A DNA stretch of 64,000 nt from Candidatus Amarolinea dominans (GTDB lineage Bacteria > Chloroflexota > Anaerolineae > SSC4 > Amarolineaceae), in assembly GCA_016719785.1 (NCBI GenBank), contig JADJYJ010000010.1, forward strand, positions 1-64,000. Direction: 5' to 3'. The notes beneath the pieces were generated by a model that saw nothing but the letters and a program-made list of their open reading frames with translations, was not told the origin of the DNA and did no database searches. Below are positions 21,387-31,023 of this stretch, piece after piece (positions within the stretch are counted from its first letter, which is position 1; the number at the start of each line of letters is the position of its first letter). A program made the position numbers and the translations under genes.

Positions 21387-23303
21387 TCAGCCTGGCATGA
21401 ACGGGAAGAACCAGGGCGATGCCTGCACCAGCGGCGTGATGCGCACGACGATCAGGCCGCCGGTGTCAGCCGCCACATAGGCCAGATCGTTCTGCACGTC
21501 CACGCCGCGCGCAGAACCGGGCGCAGCGAACAGGCCGGTGACCAACGGCTGCGCCGGATCGCTCACGTCCACGATCTGCAGGCCGCCGCTGCCGCAGGCC
21601 ACAAAGGCCCAGGACTGCGCCAGGGCCAGGCTGTAGGAATTGCCCGGCAGCGGCATGCTCGCCAGGCGCGCGGGCGCGGTGGGGCTGATGACCGTGGCTG
21701 TCTCCAGACCGACCGTCTGGGCGATGTACGCGACGCCATCGCGCACACGCGCTTCGCCCGCGGCGCCGTCATACGGGTAGGTTGCCAGCAGCAGAGGCGC
21801 CGCCGGATTCGCCAGGCTGAAGATGCGCAGCCCGCGCGGGGAGCGAAAATCGGCCACGTACATCAGATCGCCAACGATGTCCACGCTGCGCGCATCGCGC
21901 AGACCGAGCACGGTGACGAGGGTCGGCGTGGCCGGTTGGCTGACGTTGATGACCGAGAGGCGCGGCCCGTCGGCCACATAGGCCAGGGTGTTGCTGATCG
22001 CCACGTCGAAGGCATAGCCGATCGTGTCGTAACTGCCGAGCAGGGTTGGCTGGCCGGGGTCGGTGACATCGAGAATCTGCAGACCGCTGTCGCCGACCGC
22101 GACATAGGCAAGAGATCCATCCAGCGTGACATTGAGCGGCGATTCGGGCGTGCGATAGAGGCCGAGCGGCGCCGGGTTGGCCGGATCGGTGATGTCCATG
22201 ATCCACAGGCCGTCATCGGCATCGGCCAGGTAGGCGCGAGTTCCGTCAACACGCGTGCGCCGGACCGCGGCCGGTAGATCGAAGGAACTCTCGCGCACCG
22301 GCGCGGCCGGCTGCGACACATCCACGATCACCAGGTTTTGATCCTTGCCTGCGACGAAGGCGTGACCGCTGCTCACCCGCAGCGCGCTGCCGATGGCGGC
22401 ATAGGCGTAGCTGCCTGCCAGCGTCGGCGCGGCGGCGTCCTGGATGTCAACCACTTGCAGCCCATCTTGATCCGCGGCCAGGTAGGCGAACGCGCCGTCC
22501 ACGGCAATTCCCTTGCTGGCGCCGGGAGTCAGCAGGTGGCCGATCTGCGCCGGCACGGCCGGGTCGGTCACGCTGACGATCTCCATGCCGTCCGCGCCCG
22601 CGGCCAGGTAGGCCAGGCCATTGATCACCGTGACCGCTTCCAGGTAGGCCGTGGATTGGTAGGCGCCCATAAGGACAGGGTTGGCCGGATTGGCCGCATC
22701 GAGCAGCAGCATGCTTGTCCCGCGCAACAGGTAGACCATCGTCCCGACCGCTGCCACCTGGCGCGCCTGGCCTGGATAGGCGCCCAACCAGGTCAGGTGA
22801 TCGGCATCAGTCAGGCCGATGATTTGCAGGCTGCCCGTGCTGTCGGTGGCGTAGATACGGCCGGGCGCCAGGGCCAGCCGGCGAATATCACCGCTGGTGT
22901 CGAGTCTGCCGGCCAGCGTAGGGGCCGCGGGTGTGCTGACATCCAGCACCTGCACCCCAGCCTCGCCCAGGGCGACGATCAACAGACTGCCGCTGAGCTG
23001 CACGTCCTGCACCACGGTCGGCAGCGCGGCGCTCTGACCGACCTGCTGCGGTGCGGCCGGGTCGGTGACATCCAACACCAGCACGCGCGGCCCCACGCCG
23101 AGGTACACGTAGGGGCCGGAGGAATCGAGGGCATAGGTGGCGCCGCCGATCTGGCCGATCAACTCGGTGGCAACCGGCGGCAGCAGGGGGCCGGACGGCG
23201 GGGATGTTGGCTGAGTGAGAGGGGAAGCCAATCCACGGCTGGTCCATGCGCCAACCATCAAGAGGGCAACGATGGCCCAGGGAACGAGAAAATTACGACG
23301 CAT
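21387..23303 (-). CDS. Secreted LVIVD-repeat (PF08309) beta-propeller protein
   Basis: Signal peptide, then more than 12 repeats of ...AYVAxxxxGLxIVDVSxPxxP.... Confidence 0.75.
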   Translation of the reverse strand: MRRNFLVPWAIVALLMVGAWTSRGLASPLTQPTSPPSGPLLPPVATELIGQIGGATYALDSSGPYVYLGVGPRVLVLDVTDPAAPQQVGQSAALPTVVQDVQLSGSLLIVALGEAGVQVLDVSTPAAPTLAGRLDTSGDIRRLALAPGRIYATDSTGSLQIIGLTDADHLTWLGAYPGQARQVAAVGTMVYLLRGTSMLLLDAANPANPVLMGAYQSTAYLEAVTVINGLAYLAAGADGMEIVSVTDPAVPAQIGHLLTPGASKGIAVDGAFAYLAADQDGLQVVDIQDAAAPTLAGSYAYAAIGSALRVSSGHAFVAGKDQNLVIVDVSQPAAPVRESSFDLPAAVRRTRVDGTRAYLADADDGLWIMDITDPANPAPLGLYRTPESPLNVTLDGSLAYVAVGDSGLQILDVTDPGQPTLLGSYDTIGYAFDVAISNTLAYVADGPRLSVINVSQPATPTLVTVLGLRDARSVDIVGDLMYVADFRSPRGLRIFSLANPAAPLLLATYPYDGAAGEARVRDGVAYIAQTVGLETATVISPTAPARLASMPLPGNSYSLALAQSWAFVACGSGGLQIVDVSDPAQPLVTGLFAAPGSARGVDVQNDLAYVAADTGGLIVVRITPLVQASPWFFPFMPG

Positions 23304-23415
23304 CTGAAAACGCTTCTCCAAATTCGTAGATTTCTTGTGTCGGGCTGACGGGTGTAAAATGGTGATCAATTCCGAAATCGAACCTCACTCTGCAGGATAG
23401 GGAGCACGGATACGC

Positions 23416-24246
23416 ATGGAGATCACGATTCGCCGTCTTTCGACGTTCGAGGAGTATATCGCGGCCGAGGAGCTGCAGCAGGTCTGCTGGCAGACCGACC
23501 CGATCGACGCGGTGCCGGCCCATCTGCTCTTGACCATTCAGAACGAGGCCGGGCTGGTACTGGGCGCATTCACGCCGCAGGGCGAATTGATCGGTTTTGT
23601 CTTCGGTTTCCTGGGCCGTGAAGGCGATGTGCTCAAGCACTGCTCGCACATGGCCGCGGTCCATCCGTATTATCGCGATCATAACCTGGGCTACCGCCTG
23701 AAACTGGCTCAGCGCAGCTTGATGCTGGAACAGGGGTTGGAGATCTGCACGTGGACCTACGATCCGTTGGAGGCGCGCAACGCGGTGCTCAACATCGCTA
23801 AGTTAGGGGCCACGGCGCGCATCTACAAGCGTAACATCTACGGCCAGCGCCTGGGCGGTCTCAATGCGGCCTTGCCGACGGACCGCTTTCATGTGCGCTG
23901 GGAAGTAAGCAGCGATCGCGCGCTGCACTGTGTGAGTACGGGCCAGCGCGTGATGGCGCCGGTCGCCGGCCAGCCCGAGCAGATGCTGACGCGGGTCATC
24001 ATGCAAGGCGACCTGCCGTTCCTGGCCGCCACCGGGCCGCTTCCTGCCGACGACATCATCGGCGTGCAAATTCCGTCCAGTTTCCAGCGCGTCAAGCGGG
24101 AGAATGTCGAGGCTGCCAGCCACTGGCGCCTGGGCACCCGCGCCCTCTTCGAAAACGCCTTCCGCGCCGGCTACACCGCCGTCAACGTCACCGCCGATGC
24201 CGAGCATCCAGAATCGCTGGCGGTGTATACGTTGGTGAGGGGGTAG
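23416..24246 (+). CDS. GNAT-family N-acetyltransferase (COG3375-like)
   Basis: Acetyl-CoA-binding-like core HCSHMAAVHPYYRDHNLGYRLK. Confidence 0.65.
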   Translation: MEITIRRLSTFEEYIAAEELQQVCWQTDPIDAVPAHLLLTIQNEAGLVLGAFTPQGELIGFVFGFLGREGDVLKHCSHMAAVHPYYRDHNLGYRLKLAQRSLMLEQGLEICTWTYDPLEARNAVLNIAKLGATARIYKRNIYGQRLGGLNAALPTDRFHVRWEVSSDRALHCVSTGQRVMAPVAGQPEQMLTRVIMQGDLPFLAATGPLPADDIIGVQIPSSFQRVKRENVEAASHWRLGTRALFENAFRAGYTAVNVTADAEHPESLAVYTLVRG

Positions 24247-24480
24247 TGCAAAGTGCAAAGTACAAAGTACATAGTGCAAAGTGCAGACGACGTTCCGCCC
24301 TGTTGTCAATGATGAATGCTGAATTCTGAATAGTGCATAGGACGTTCAGCATTCAGCTCTGAGCATTCAGCATTCAGCTCTGAGCATTCAGCATTCAGCT
24401 CTGAGCATTCAGCATTCAGCTCTGAGCATTCAGCATTCCACATTCAGCGTTTTGCACTTCGCACTTTGCACTTTGCACTT
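24247..24480. repeat. Compound repeat between convergent genes: 5x GCAAAGT heptamers, 4x 21-bp unit (gagcattcagcattcagctct), then the inverted heptamer array
   Basis: Read directly: gtgcaaagtgcaaagtacaaagtacatagtgcaaagtgca ... (gagcattcagcattcagctct)x4 ... gttttgcacttcgcactttgcactttgcactt. Confidence 0.85.
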
Positions 24481-24483
24481 CCC

Positions 24484-25890
24484 TTACGGCGGCCAGTTTG
24501 GGGCCAGGCCGCGCTGTTGACGGATGTAGATGCGCAGTTTGGCATAGGCGGGGCGCCAGTGCAGTTCGTCAATCTGGCTTGGCTTCATGATGGACCACCA
24601 GTATTGCTCCTGCGCCTCGGTCCAATCCACGTCCGGCATGTAAACGACGACCATGAGACCGATCCAGGGCTGCCAGTGGGTCTTGGCCCATTCGAAGGCC
24701 TGCACCAGGTAATCGCCCTGCTGCTCCTCCGTCACCGCGTGCCAGTGGTAAGGTGAGTCTGGCCGCGAATCGGTGCTCCAGCCAAATTCCAGCACGGCCA
24801 CCCTCTTGTTGGTATCGCCGTACTTCACCATGATCTTGCGCAGGTCTTCGACACGGCGGAAGGTGAAGAAACGCTCGCCGCCGTACTCGGCCTTGTTGCC
24901 CGCGGCCTCATCCGGGCCGATGCTGGGTGCGGCCCGGAAACCGGCCGCATGCACGCCGAGCACATCGAAGTAACCCGCGCTGTTGCCGCCCATGGCCTGG
25001 TACATCTGCTCCAGATATTTGTCATCGGGAATGGCGATATCGCAGCAGGAGCCGGTGGGCGTCAGACCGGCCGAGATGACCAGGGCCAACGGCGCGCCCT
25101 TCTTGACGCCCGCGTAGGCCGACTTGAGCAGGCGCACATACTCGGTCGCGTTGGGCGGTCGGCAACCCCATTCACCGCCGCCATCGGGCCGATTCAGGTT
25201 CGGTTCATTCCAGATCTGATAGGCCTGAATTTTCCAGGTGTAGCGCTTGGCCACTGCCGACAGAAAATCCTCGAAGTCCTTGTAGTTGTCGGGCGGCCCG
25301 TTGCACGGGAAACCGCCGCCGGCCCATTTGGGCTGACTGTCCACACGCACGATCAGCTTGAGATTGTGCTCGATCGCCTGCTGCACGATGCGGTCGGTGA
25401 CGCTCCAGTCGAACTGACCTTTGCCCGCGCCCTCGATCTCACGCCAGGGGAAATTTTGCTTGACCCAGGTGAACCCGGCGGCCTCCACCAGCCCCAGGTC
25501 GCGGTCGGCAATCTCCGGTCGCCACCAGAGGAACGCCTGCACGCCGAAATCGGGCGATTTGAAGCCGCGGCTGGAATCACCGCCGGCCGGGGGCGGGGTG
25601 GCCGTCGGTTTGACCGGCGCGGGCGTGACGGTCGCCTGATTGGGCGCCGGGGTGACTGTCGCTCCCGTGCCCGCGGTGGGGGTGGCAGTGACCGGCGCCT
25701 GCGTGGCCGTCGGCGGCACAGGGGTAGCGGTCGGCGGTAGGGGGGTGTTGGTCGCGGCCACGGTTGGCGTCTTCGTTGGCGTGGGGGTTGGCGGCGGTGA
25801 CGCGGGGCCGCAGGCCGACAAAATCAGTGTGACAACAACGATTCCGGTCAGCAGGCGCAAGAATCGTCGGTACCTGTTGGATTGCCTCAT
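24484..25890 (-). CDS. Secreted lipoprotein glycoside hydrolase, clan GH-A (GH5-like TIM barrel), with PT-rich linker
   Basis: LILSACG lipobox, a PTPTPT linker, the WNEPN acid/base motif and the nucleophile context LEFGWS. Confidence 0.75.
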   Translation of the reverse strand: MRQSNRYRRFLRLLTGIVVVTLILSACGPASPPPTPTPTKTPTVAATNTPLPPTATPVPPTATQAPVTATPTAGTGATVTPAPNQATVTPAPVKPTATPPPAGGDSSRGFKSPDFGVQAFLWWRPEIADRDLGLVEAAGFTWVKQNFPWREIEGAGKGQFDWSVTDRIVQQAIEHNLKLIVRVDSQPKWAGGGFPCNGPPDNYKDFEDFLSAVAKRYTWKIQAYQIWNEPNLNRPDGGGEWGCRPPNATEYVRLLKSAYAGVKKGAPLALVISAGLTPTGSCCDIAIPDDKYLEQMYQAMGGNSAGYFDVLGVHAAGFRAAPSIGPDEAAGNKAEYGGERFFTFRRVEDLRKIMVKYGDTNKRVAVLEFGWSTDSRPDSPYHWHAVTEEQQGDYLVQAFEWAKTHWQPWIGLMVVVYMPDVDWTEAQEQYWWSIMKPSQIDELHWRPAYAKLRIYIRQQRGLAPNWPP

Positions 25891-25899
25891 CTTTCCTCG

Positions 25900-27321
25900 T
25901 TACTTCGGCATGTTGCGCAGCGCATCATAGGTGGGCCTGCCATAGATCTTGAACGCGCTTTGCTCGCCGGATTCGAAGTTCAAGTTCCACAGGAACATCG
26001 GGCCAACCCAGCCCCAGGAGCGGGCAAGCTCGTAGGCGCGCACAGTCCAGGCGGCCTGTTCGTCGGCCGTGTTGTCGGCTGCATACTCATAGCCAGGATG
26101 CGGGTTGCCGGAAACGGCCCAGCCAAACTCGGTGGGCCAGATGCGCTTGGCGCCGTCGCCATTTGCCAACATGACATTGCGATAGCCCTCCATCGTGCCG
26201 CGGAAGCACCAGGAGTGGTGTCGGTTGTCGAAGGGGCCGCGATAGATGGCGCCGGCATCGGAGACCGAGCGCCAATCGCCGTCCGGCGGGCAGTTGAACC
26301 CGCTGGGGTGCGCGCCGATGGCGTCGGAATAGCTGCGCAGCCCGGCGCGGTACATGGCCGAGAGGTAGGCGACATCATCCATCGCCAGCGGCGCGGGCGC
26401 GCCGGTCGGCGTCAGCGCACCGCTGACCACGATCATGCCCGGGCATGCGCCCTTGATGGCGCGGTAGGCCGCGGCCAGGAGCTGCACGTAACGGCCTGGA
26501 TCAAGCGGTTCCCCGCCCCATTCGTACCACAGGTTTTGTTCGTTCCAGACCTCGATGGCCTGCACGCGGCCGCAGTAGCGGCTGGCAAAGCCGCGCACGA
26601 AGTTGGCATAGGTGCCCGGGTCGGCCGGCGGGCCTTCGACATCGAAGTTGCTGTTGCCAGCCCGCGCCCACTGCGGCGCCTTGACGATGCTGGCGAGGAT
26701 GCTCAGCCCGTTACCGTTGAACTGGCCGATCATGTCGTCCAGGCCGCCGAAGTCCACCTGGCCCGGCTGTCCCTCGAAATCCTTCCAGGGAAGCTGGAAT
26801 TTGATCCAGTTGAAGCCCATGTTCTTGACCGCGCCGATGATGAAGCCCTTGTCTGCGCTGGTCTCTACCTGGATGCCATAGCCAAAGAAGCCGGCCGCGC
26901 GCACGTTGGGCGCGGGCGCGGACACGGTGGTGCGTTTGGCCGTCGTCTGTGGCGGCGGCGCGGGCGCAGCTACCTCGGGTACGGCGCTCAGGCTGCTGTT
27001 GGCTTTCACCAGGGAGGCGCTGACCCAGCCCTGCTTGTCGCCGGTGGTGCAGCAGACCTTGAGCCAGGTGGCGCCCTTGTTCTTACCGATCACTTCCAGC
27101 GAACGGCCGAGCGTGACGCGGCCCAGGATCGTGTAGGCGGTGGAGGGACCAGAGCGTATATTGACCAGATCGCCGGTGACGGTGGCGGTGGGGCCAGAGG
27201 CCAGGGCGGGGCGGGCGACCGGCGCCGGTTGGGGAAGCGCGGCCAATGACACGGCCGGGAGCGCGGTGAGCAGAATCAGTGTGAGAAACAGGGCACGACG
27301 CAGCACGAACAGACGAGACAT
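25900..27321 (-). CDS. Secreted SH3b-domain + GH-A (GH5-like) glycoside hydrolase
   Basis: Start ATG 27319-27321 after AGGAGGA. Signal peptide, SH3b (GDLVNIRSGPSTAYTILGRV...WLKV), then VWNEQN and PTEFGW catalytic motifs. Confidence 0.75.
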   Translation of the reverse strand: MSRLFVLRRALFLTLILLTALPAVSLAALPQPAPVARPALASGPTATVTGDLVNIRSGPSTAYTILGRVTLGRSLEVIGKNKGATWLKVCCTTGDKQGWVSASLVKANSSLSAVPEVAAPAPPPQTTAKRTTVSAPAPNVRAAGFFGYGIQVETSADKGFIIGAVKNMGFNWIKFQLPWKDFEGQPGQVDFGGLDDMIGQFNGNGLSILASIVKAPQWARAGNSNFDVEGPPADPGTYANFVRGFASRYCGRVQAIEVWNEQNLWYEWGGEPLDPGRYVQLLAAAYRAIKGACPGMIVVSGALTPTGAPAPLAMDDVAYLSAMYRAGLRSYSDAIGAHPSGFNCPPDGDWRSVSDAGAIYRGPFDNRHHSWCFRGTMEGYRNVMLANGDGAKRIWPTEFGWAVSGNPHPGYEYAADNTADEQAAWTVRAYELARSWGWVGPMFLWNLNFESGEQSAFKIYGRPTYDALRNMPK

Positions 27322-27335
27322 AGGGTCCTCCTCAC

Positions 27336-27390
27336 GAGAGACTGAGAGACTGAGAGATTGAGAGATTGAGAGATTGAGAGATTGAGATCG
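27336..27390. repeat. 8-bp tandem repeat (gagagact/gagagatt, about 7 copies) in the 5' leader of the GH gene
   Basis: gagagactgagagactgagagattgagagattgagagattgagagattgagatcg, 15-70 nt upstream of the start codon. Confidence 0.85.
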
Positions 27391-27476
27391 CACCTGAAGG
27401 GCGTGACGGCCAGGCCATAGATTAGTACACGAGCAGCAGGAGAGGCGCATCGGATCAGCGCCTCTCCTGCTCGGAT

Positions 27477-30428
27477 TCACTTGGGCATGCGGGCCAGGGC
27501 ATCGTAGGCTGGCCGCCCGGCGATGCCGAACTGCGCCAGCTCCGTGCCCGGGTTGGTGATGCCAAAATTGATATTCCAGAGGAACATGGGGCCAACCCAA
27601 CCCCAGCCACGCGCCATTTGGTAGGCTTGCACCAGCCAGGCGGCCTGCTCTTCGGGGGTGTTGTCGTTGGCATAGCCGTAGTTGTTGTTGAAGGCCGGGC
27701 CGATCGCCCAGCCAAACTCGGTGGGCCAGATGCGCTTGCCGCCGTCGCCGTTGGCGATCATCACGTTGCGGTAGCCTTCCATGGTGCCGCGGAAGCACCA
27801 GGAATGATGATGGTTGTCGAACGGGCCGCGGAAGGAGGCGCTCGGGTCTTGCACCGTGCGCCAGTCGCCGTCAGCCGGGCAGTTGTAGCCGCTGGGGTGT
27901 GCACCGATGGCGTCGGCGTAATTCTTCATGCCGGCGCGGTACATCGCCTGCAGGTATTCGATGTCATCAATGGCCTTGCCGCCGCCGCCGCCCGTGGGCG
28001 TTGGCGCGCCGCTGACCACGATCATGCCCGGACACGCTCCCTTGATGGCGCGGTAGGCCAGTTTCAACATCTCCACATAGCGGCCGGCGTCGAGCGGCTC
28101 GTTGCCCCACTCGTAGTGCAGATTTTGCTCGTTCCACACCTCGATGGCCTGCACGCGGCCGCAGTAGCGCCCCGCGTACGCGCCCACGAAATCGGCGTAG
28201 TCCTGCAAGTTCTGCGGCGGGCCTTCATCCGAATAGCCGTAGGCCGGGTTGCGCGACCAGTTGGGCGCCTTGACGATGCTGGCCAGGATCTTCATGCCGC
28301 CGCCCGCCAGGGTGTTGACGATGTCGTCCATACCGCCCCAACCGTAGTCGCCCTTGCCGCCGCCTTCGAAGTCCTTCCAGGGCGCCTGGAACTTGACCCA
28401 GTCGAAGCCCATGTTGCGGGTGGCGTTGACCACATAACCCAGGTCGGCGCCGCCGTAGACCTGCGCCTGCACGCCGTAGCCAAACCCGGCGCCGCCACTA
28501 GGGCGCGGCGCGGGCGGGTTGTTGGCCGCCGGCGGCGCCGCGGGCGCAGGCGGCCGGGTGGGCGCGGGCGTTGCGGTCGGGGCCGGCGTGGGGGTCGCGG
28601 TCGGTTCCGGCGTGTCGGTTGCCACCGGGGTGTAGGTGGCGACCAGCAGCGCGACTTCACCGGCCGGGCTGACGGGGCGACCGTTTTCCACAATGACTGC
28701 ATTGATCTGATACTGCGCGCCTGGGCTATCCGGCGCCTTGAACGCGTAGACGCTGTTTTCGCTCAGCGGTTGGCTGGAAACATCGGTCACCTGTCCATCA
28801 GCGCCCTTGACGGTCCAACTGATGCCGAATTCGCTCTGCTGCGCCGATGGCGCGCCCTGCTGGAAGGTGGTCAGCATGCGCCACAGTTCCGGATCGGTTG
28901 CAGGCAGATAGTCCAGGGTAGCGCCTTGCAGGTGATACTGATTGACCAGCGCAAACTTGTGGCTCAGGCTGGCGGCATTTTCCAGCCAGACCGTCCGCTC
29001 ATAGCCCTGATCGTCGCGATAGCGATAGGTGTAGGCGCCGATGGCGTCATCGAAAGTCAACTGGCTGGTGGCGCGCTCGGCAATGACCTTGAGATCAATC
29101 TGTTCGCCCGGCGCGGCCACGCCTTTGGTGGCCTGCACCTGGCCGACCAGCGGCTGCAGGGCTTCATCGTAAGCCTTGAGCAGATAGTAGTTGCCCGAAC
29201 GCTCGATGCTGCGGCCGGGCAGCACGATCTGAATCTTGCTGCGGTTGACTTCGCCCACGGCCCATTTGAGCAGGGTGTGCATCTGGCCGTCTGGCGCATA
29301 GGCCTGCGGATTGCTGATGGCCGGGATGCGGAAGGTGTCCACCACCGCGCCCAGCTCACGCCAGAGGTACGGCCCGGTTTCCCAGCGATCCGCCGCCACC
29401 TGGCGCGGCTCCTCCACCCGCACAGAGACCTTCTTGTCCTGGGCGTGCAGCCTTGCGGCCAGTTTGGTCACAAAGGCGACATAGTCCCCCGCCAGTTCGG
29501 CGTTGATCCCGCGGTAGTCCAGGTCAATGCCCTTGTACAGGTTGCTCACCAGCAACTGCTCGATGGCGCTGATCTGCTTTTCCTGCTGCTCCGCGCTGAC
29601 CAGCAAGTTGGCGATCAAATCGGTGCGGATGGAGCCGTCATCGCCAAAGTTACGCAGGGTGGGGACCACCGCAAAGGAACTGGCTGCGTCGGCGGGCAGG
29701 CCCTGTATGCTGCCCTCGATGCCACCGTCACCGGCCAGGCGCAGGCCCACCGGGTTGACCTCCACCAGCGCGCCCTTGCCGGCGTCTGGCAGCGGATTGT
29801 CCGCGGTGACCAGTGCGGCGGCAACCGGCGGCTGCGCGGTGGTCTGCATCACCATGAAGGCCGCGGGGACGGCCGTCAGCTTCGACTCGATCGCGTCATC
29901 CTGCGGCACAATCTGGCTGGGGATGTAAGACCAGGCAGCAGCCTTCGGGTCGTAACCGTAGAGGTCGAGCGTTTCATAAGGTTCGGAGTCGTTGGGGATC
30001 GGTACGTGAATGACAGCCTGGGGCGGCTTGGCGCCGCGCACGCTGGTCTGATAAAGCGGACTGCGCGGGTTGACCGTGTTTGGCAGTTGCTCGGCCGCTT
30101 TGCGCAGTTCCGCACCACCCTCACCGGCCATGAAGGGCTGGCGCGAGATGCTGGTCAGGCGTATCTGCGTCGTGCCTTGCGTCATGGCCTCGGCAGGCAC
30201 CGTGACCGAGGTGCCATCGGAGTCAACCACCGAGCCACCCTGCTCGCCCACGCGGGTGAAGCCTCGGGTCTGGGTGCGCTCGATGAGAGAAACAGGGGGG
30301 AGAATCAGGCTGAAAATGACCAGCCCGGCAATAGCGAGATTCAACAACCAGCTTCCGTTGCGGCTGTTGAACCACCGGGTCAGGTTTGGATAGAGGTCAG
30401 ACGAGTTCGCGGTTTGCTGCATTGACAA
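27477..30428 (-). CDS. Membrane-anchored multidomain glycoside hydrolase: N-terminal TM, GH18-like domain lacking the catalytic Glu, PT linker, C-terminal GH-A (GH5-like) domain
   Basis: TM WLLNLAIAGLVIFSLILPP. The GH18-like motif reads KGIDLDYRG in place of DGxDxDWE. The C-terminal domain is about 60% identical to the neighbour gene (VWNEQNLHYEWG, PTEFGWA). Confidence 0.75.
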   Translation of the reverse strand: MSMQQTANSSDLYPNLTRWFNSRNGSWLLNLAIAGLVIFSLILPPVSLIERTQTRGFTRVGEQGGSVVDSDGTSVTVPAEAMTQGTTQIRLTSISRQPFMAGEGGAELRKAAEQLPNTVNPRSPLYQTSVRGAKPPQAVIHVPIPNDSEPYETLDLYGYDPKAAAWSYIPSQIVPQDDAIESKLTAVPAAFMVMQTTAQPPVAAALVTADNPLPDAGKGALVEVNPVGLRLAGDGGIEGSIQGLPADAASSFAVVPTLRNFGDDGSIRTDLIANLLVSAEQQEKQISAIEQLLVSNLYKGIDLDYRGINAELAGDYVAFVTKLAARLHAQDKKVSVRVEEPRQVAADRWETGPYLWRELGAVVDTFRIPAISNPQAYAPDGQMHTLLKWAVGEVNRSKIQIVLPGRSIERSGNYYLLKAYDEALQPLVGQVQATKGVAAPGEQIDLKVIAERATSQLTFDDAIGAYTYRYRDDQGYERTVWLENAASLSHKFALVNQYHLQGATLDYLPATDPELWRMLTTFQQGAPSAQQSEFGISWTVKGADGQVTDVSSQPLSENSVYAFKAPDSPGAQYQINAVIVENGRPVSPAGEVALLVATYTPVATDTPEPTATPTPAPTATPAPTRPPAPAAPPAANNPPAPRPSGGAGFGYGVQAQVYGGADLGYVVNATRNMGFDWVKFQAPWKDFEGGGKGDYGWGGMDDIVNTLAGGGMKILASIVKAPNWSRNPAYGYSDEGPPQNLQDYADFVGAYAGRYCGRVQAIEVWNEQNLHYEWGNEPLDAGRYVEMLKLAYRAIKGACPGMIVVSGAPTPTGGGGGKAIDDIEYLQAMYRAGMKNYADAIGAHPSGYNCPADGDWRTVQDPSASFRGPFDNHHHSWCFRGTMEGYRNVMIANGDGGKRIWPTEFGWAIGPAFNNNYGYANDNTPEEQAAWLVQAYQMARGWGWVGPMFLWNINFGITNPGTELAQFGIAGRPAYDALARMPK

Positions 30429-30800
30429 AACGCCACTCCTTTCGTAAATTTGTAGTCAGATATGAAAAATGCCTCATACCAGTGCGTGTGCCAACACCCC
30501 GGCGCACTCCATAGGGTACGACGCGGCCGGCGTGACGAACAGCGGTCTCTGGTCGAGGCGCTCATCAGACGAAGGACGATGACTGCCCGTCCACGTTTGA
30601 ATAGGTTCGGCGCACAGCCCTCTCGGCAGAGCAACACAGGGAACTGGGCGCCTACTTGTACGTCTCACATCGGCGTACTCCAACATGGTTGACATTCTAG
30701 CATAGCGATTGGGATTTGGCAAAGTGACAGACGAATGTGACGGCGCCGCCCCAATTCCAGATTTCGCTCGTTTTGCAGTATACTTGGGATCCGGCAGCCA

Positions 30801-30899
30801 CCGATGGAAATCTGATGGAAATCCGATGGAAATCCGATGGAAATCCGATGGAAATCCGATGGAAATCCGATGGAAATCCGATGGAAATCGGCGGAAACC
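30801..30899. repeat. 11-bp tandem repeat CCGATGGAAAT x8 (plus a degenerate 9th) in the divergent intergenic region
   Basis: ccgatggaaatctgatggaaat(ccgatggaaat)x6cggcggaaacc. Confidence 0.9.
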
Positions 30900-31023
30900 T
30901 GCTGAAGCAGATTCGAAACGCCGCCCGCCGCAACCCGCTTCAGCGGGTTTCCAGTCGGATTCATCCGATGCCGGGGGGCAGGTTGAGCAGTAGGTACGCT
31001 TTTTGAGATGATACCGCTACAGG

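Noticed and set aside
24340-24445. CRISPR-like array of 21-bp units
   Set aside because: The units are directly abutting with no intervening spacers. There are no cas genes nearby.
27618-30425. 935-aa plus-strand ORF
   Set aside because: It is antisense to the glycoside hydrolase gene, Arg/Gly/Ala-rich and has no motifs. It is a shadow ORF.
30801-30899. CRISPR array
   Set aside because: The repeats are contiguous with no spacers and the unit is only 11 bp. It is a simple tandem repeat.
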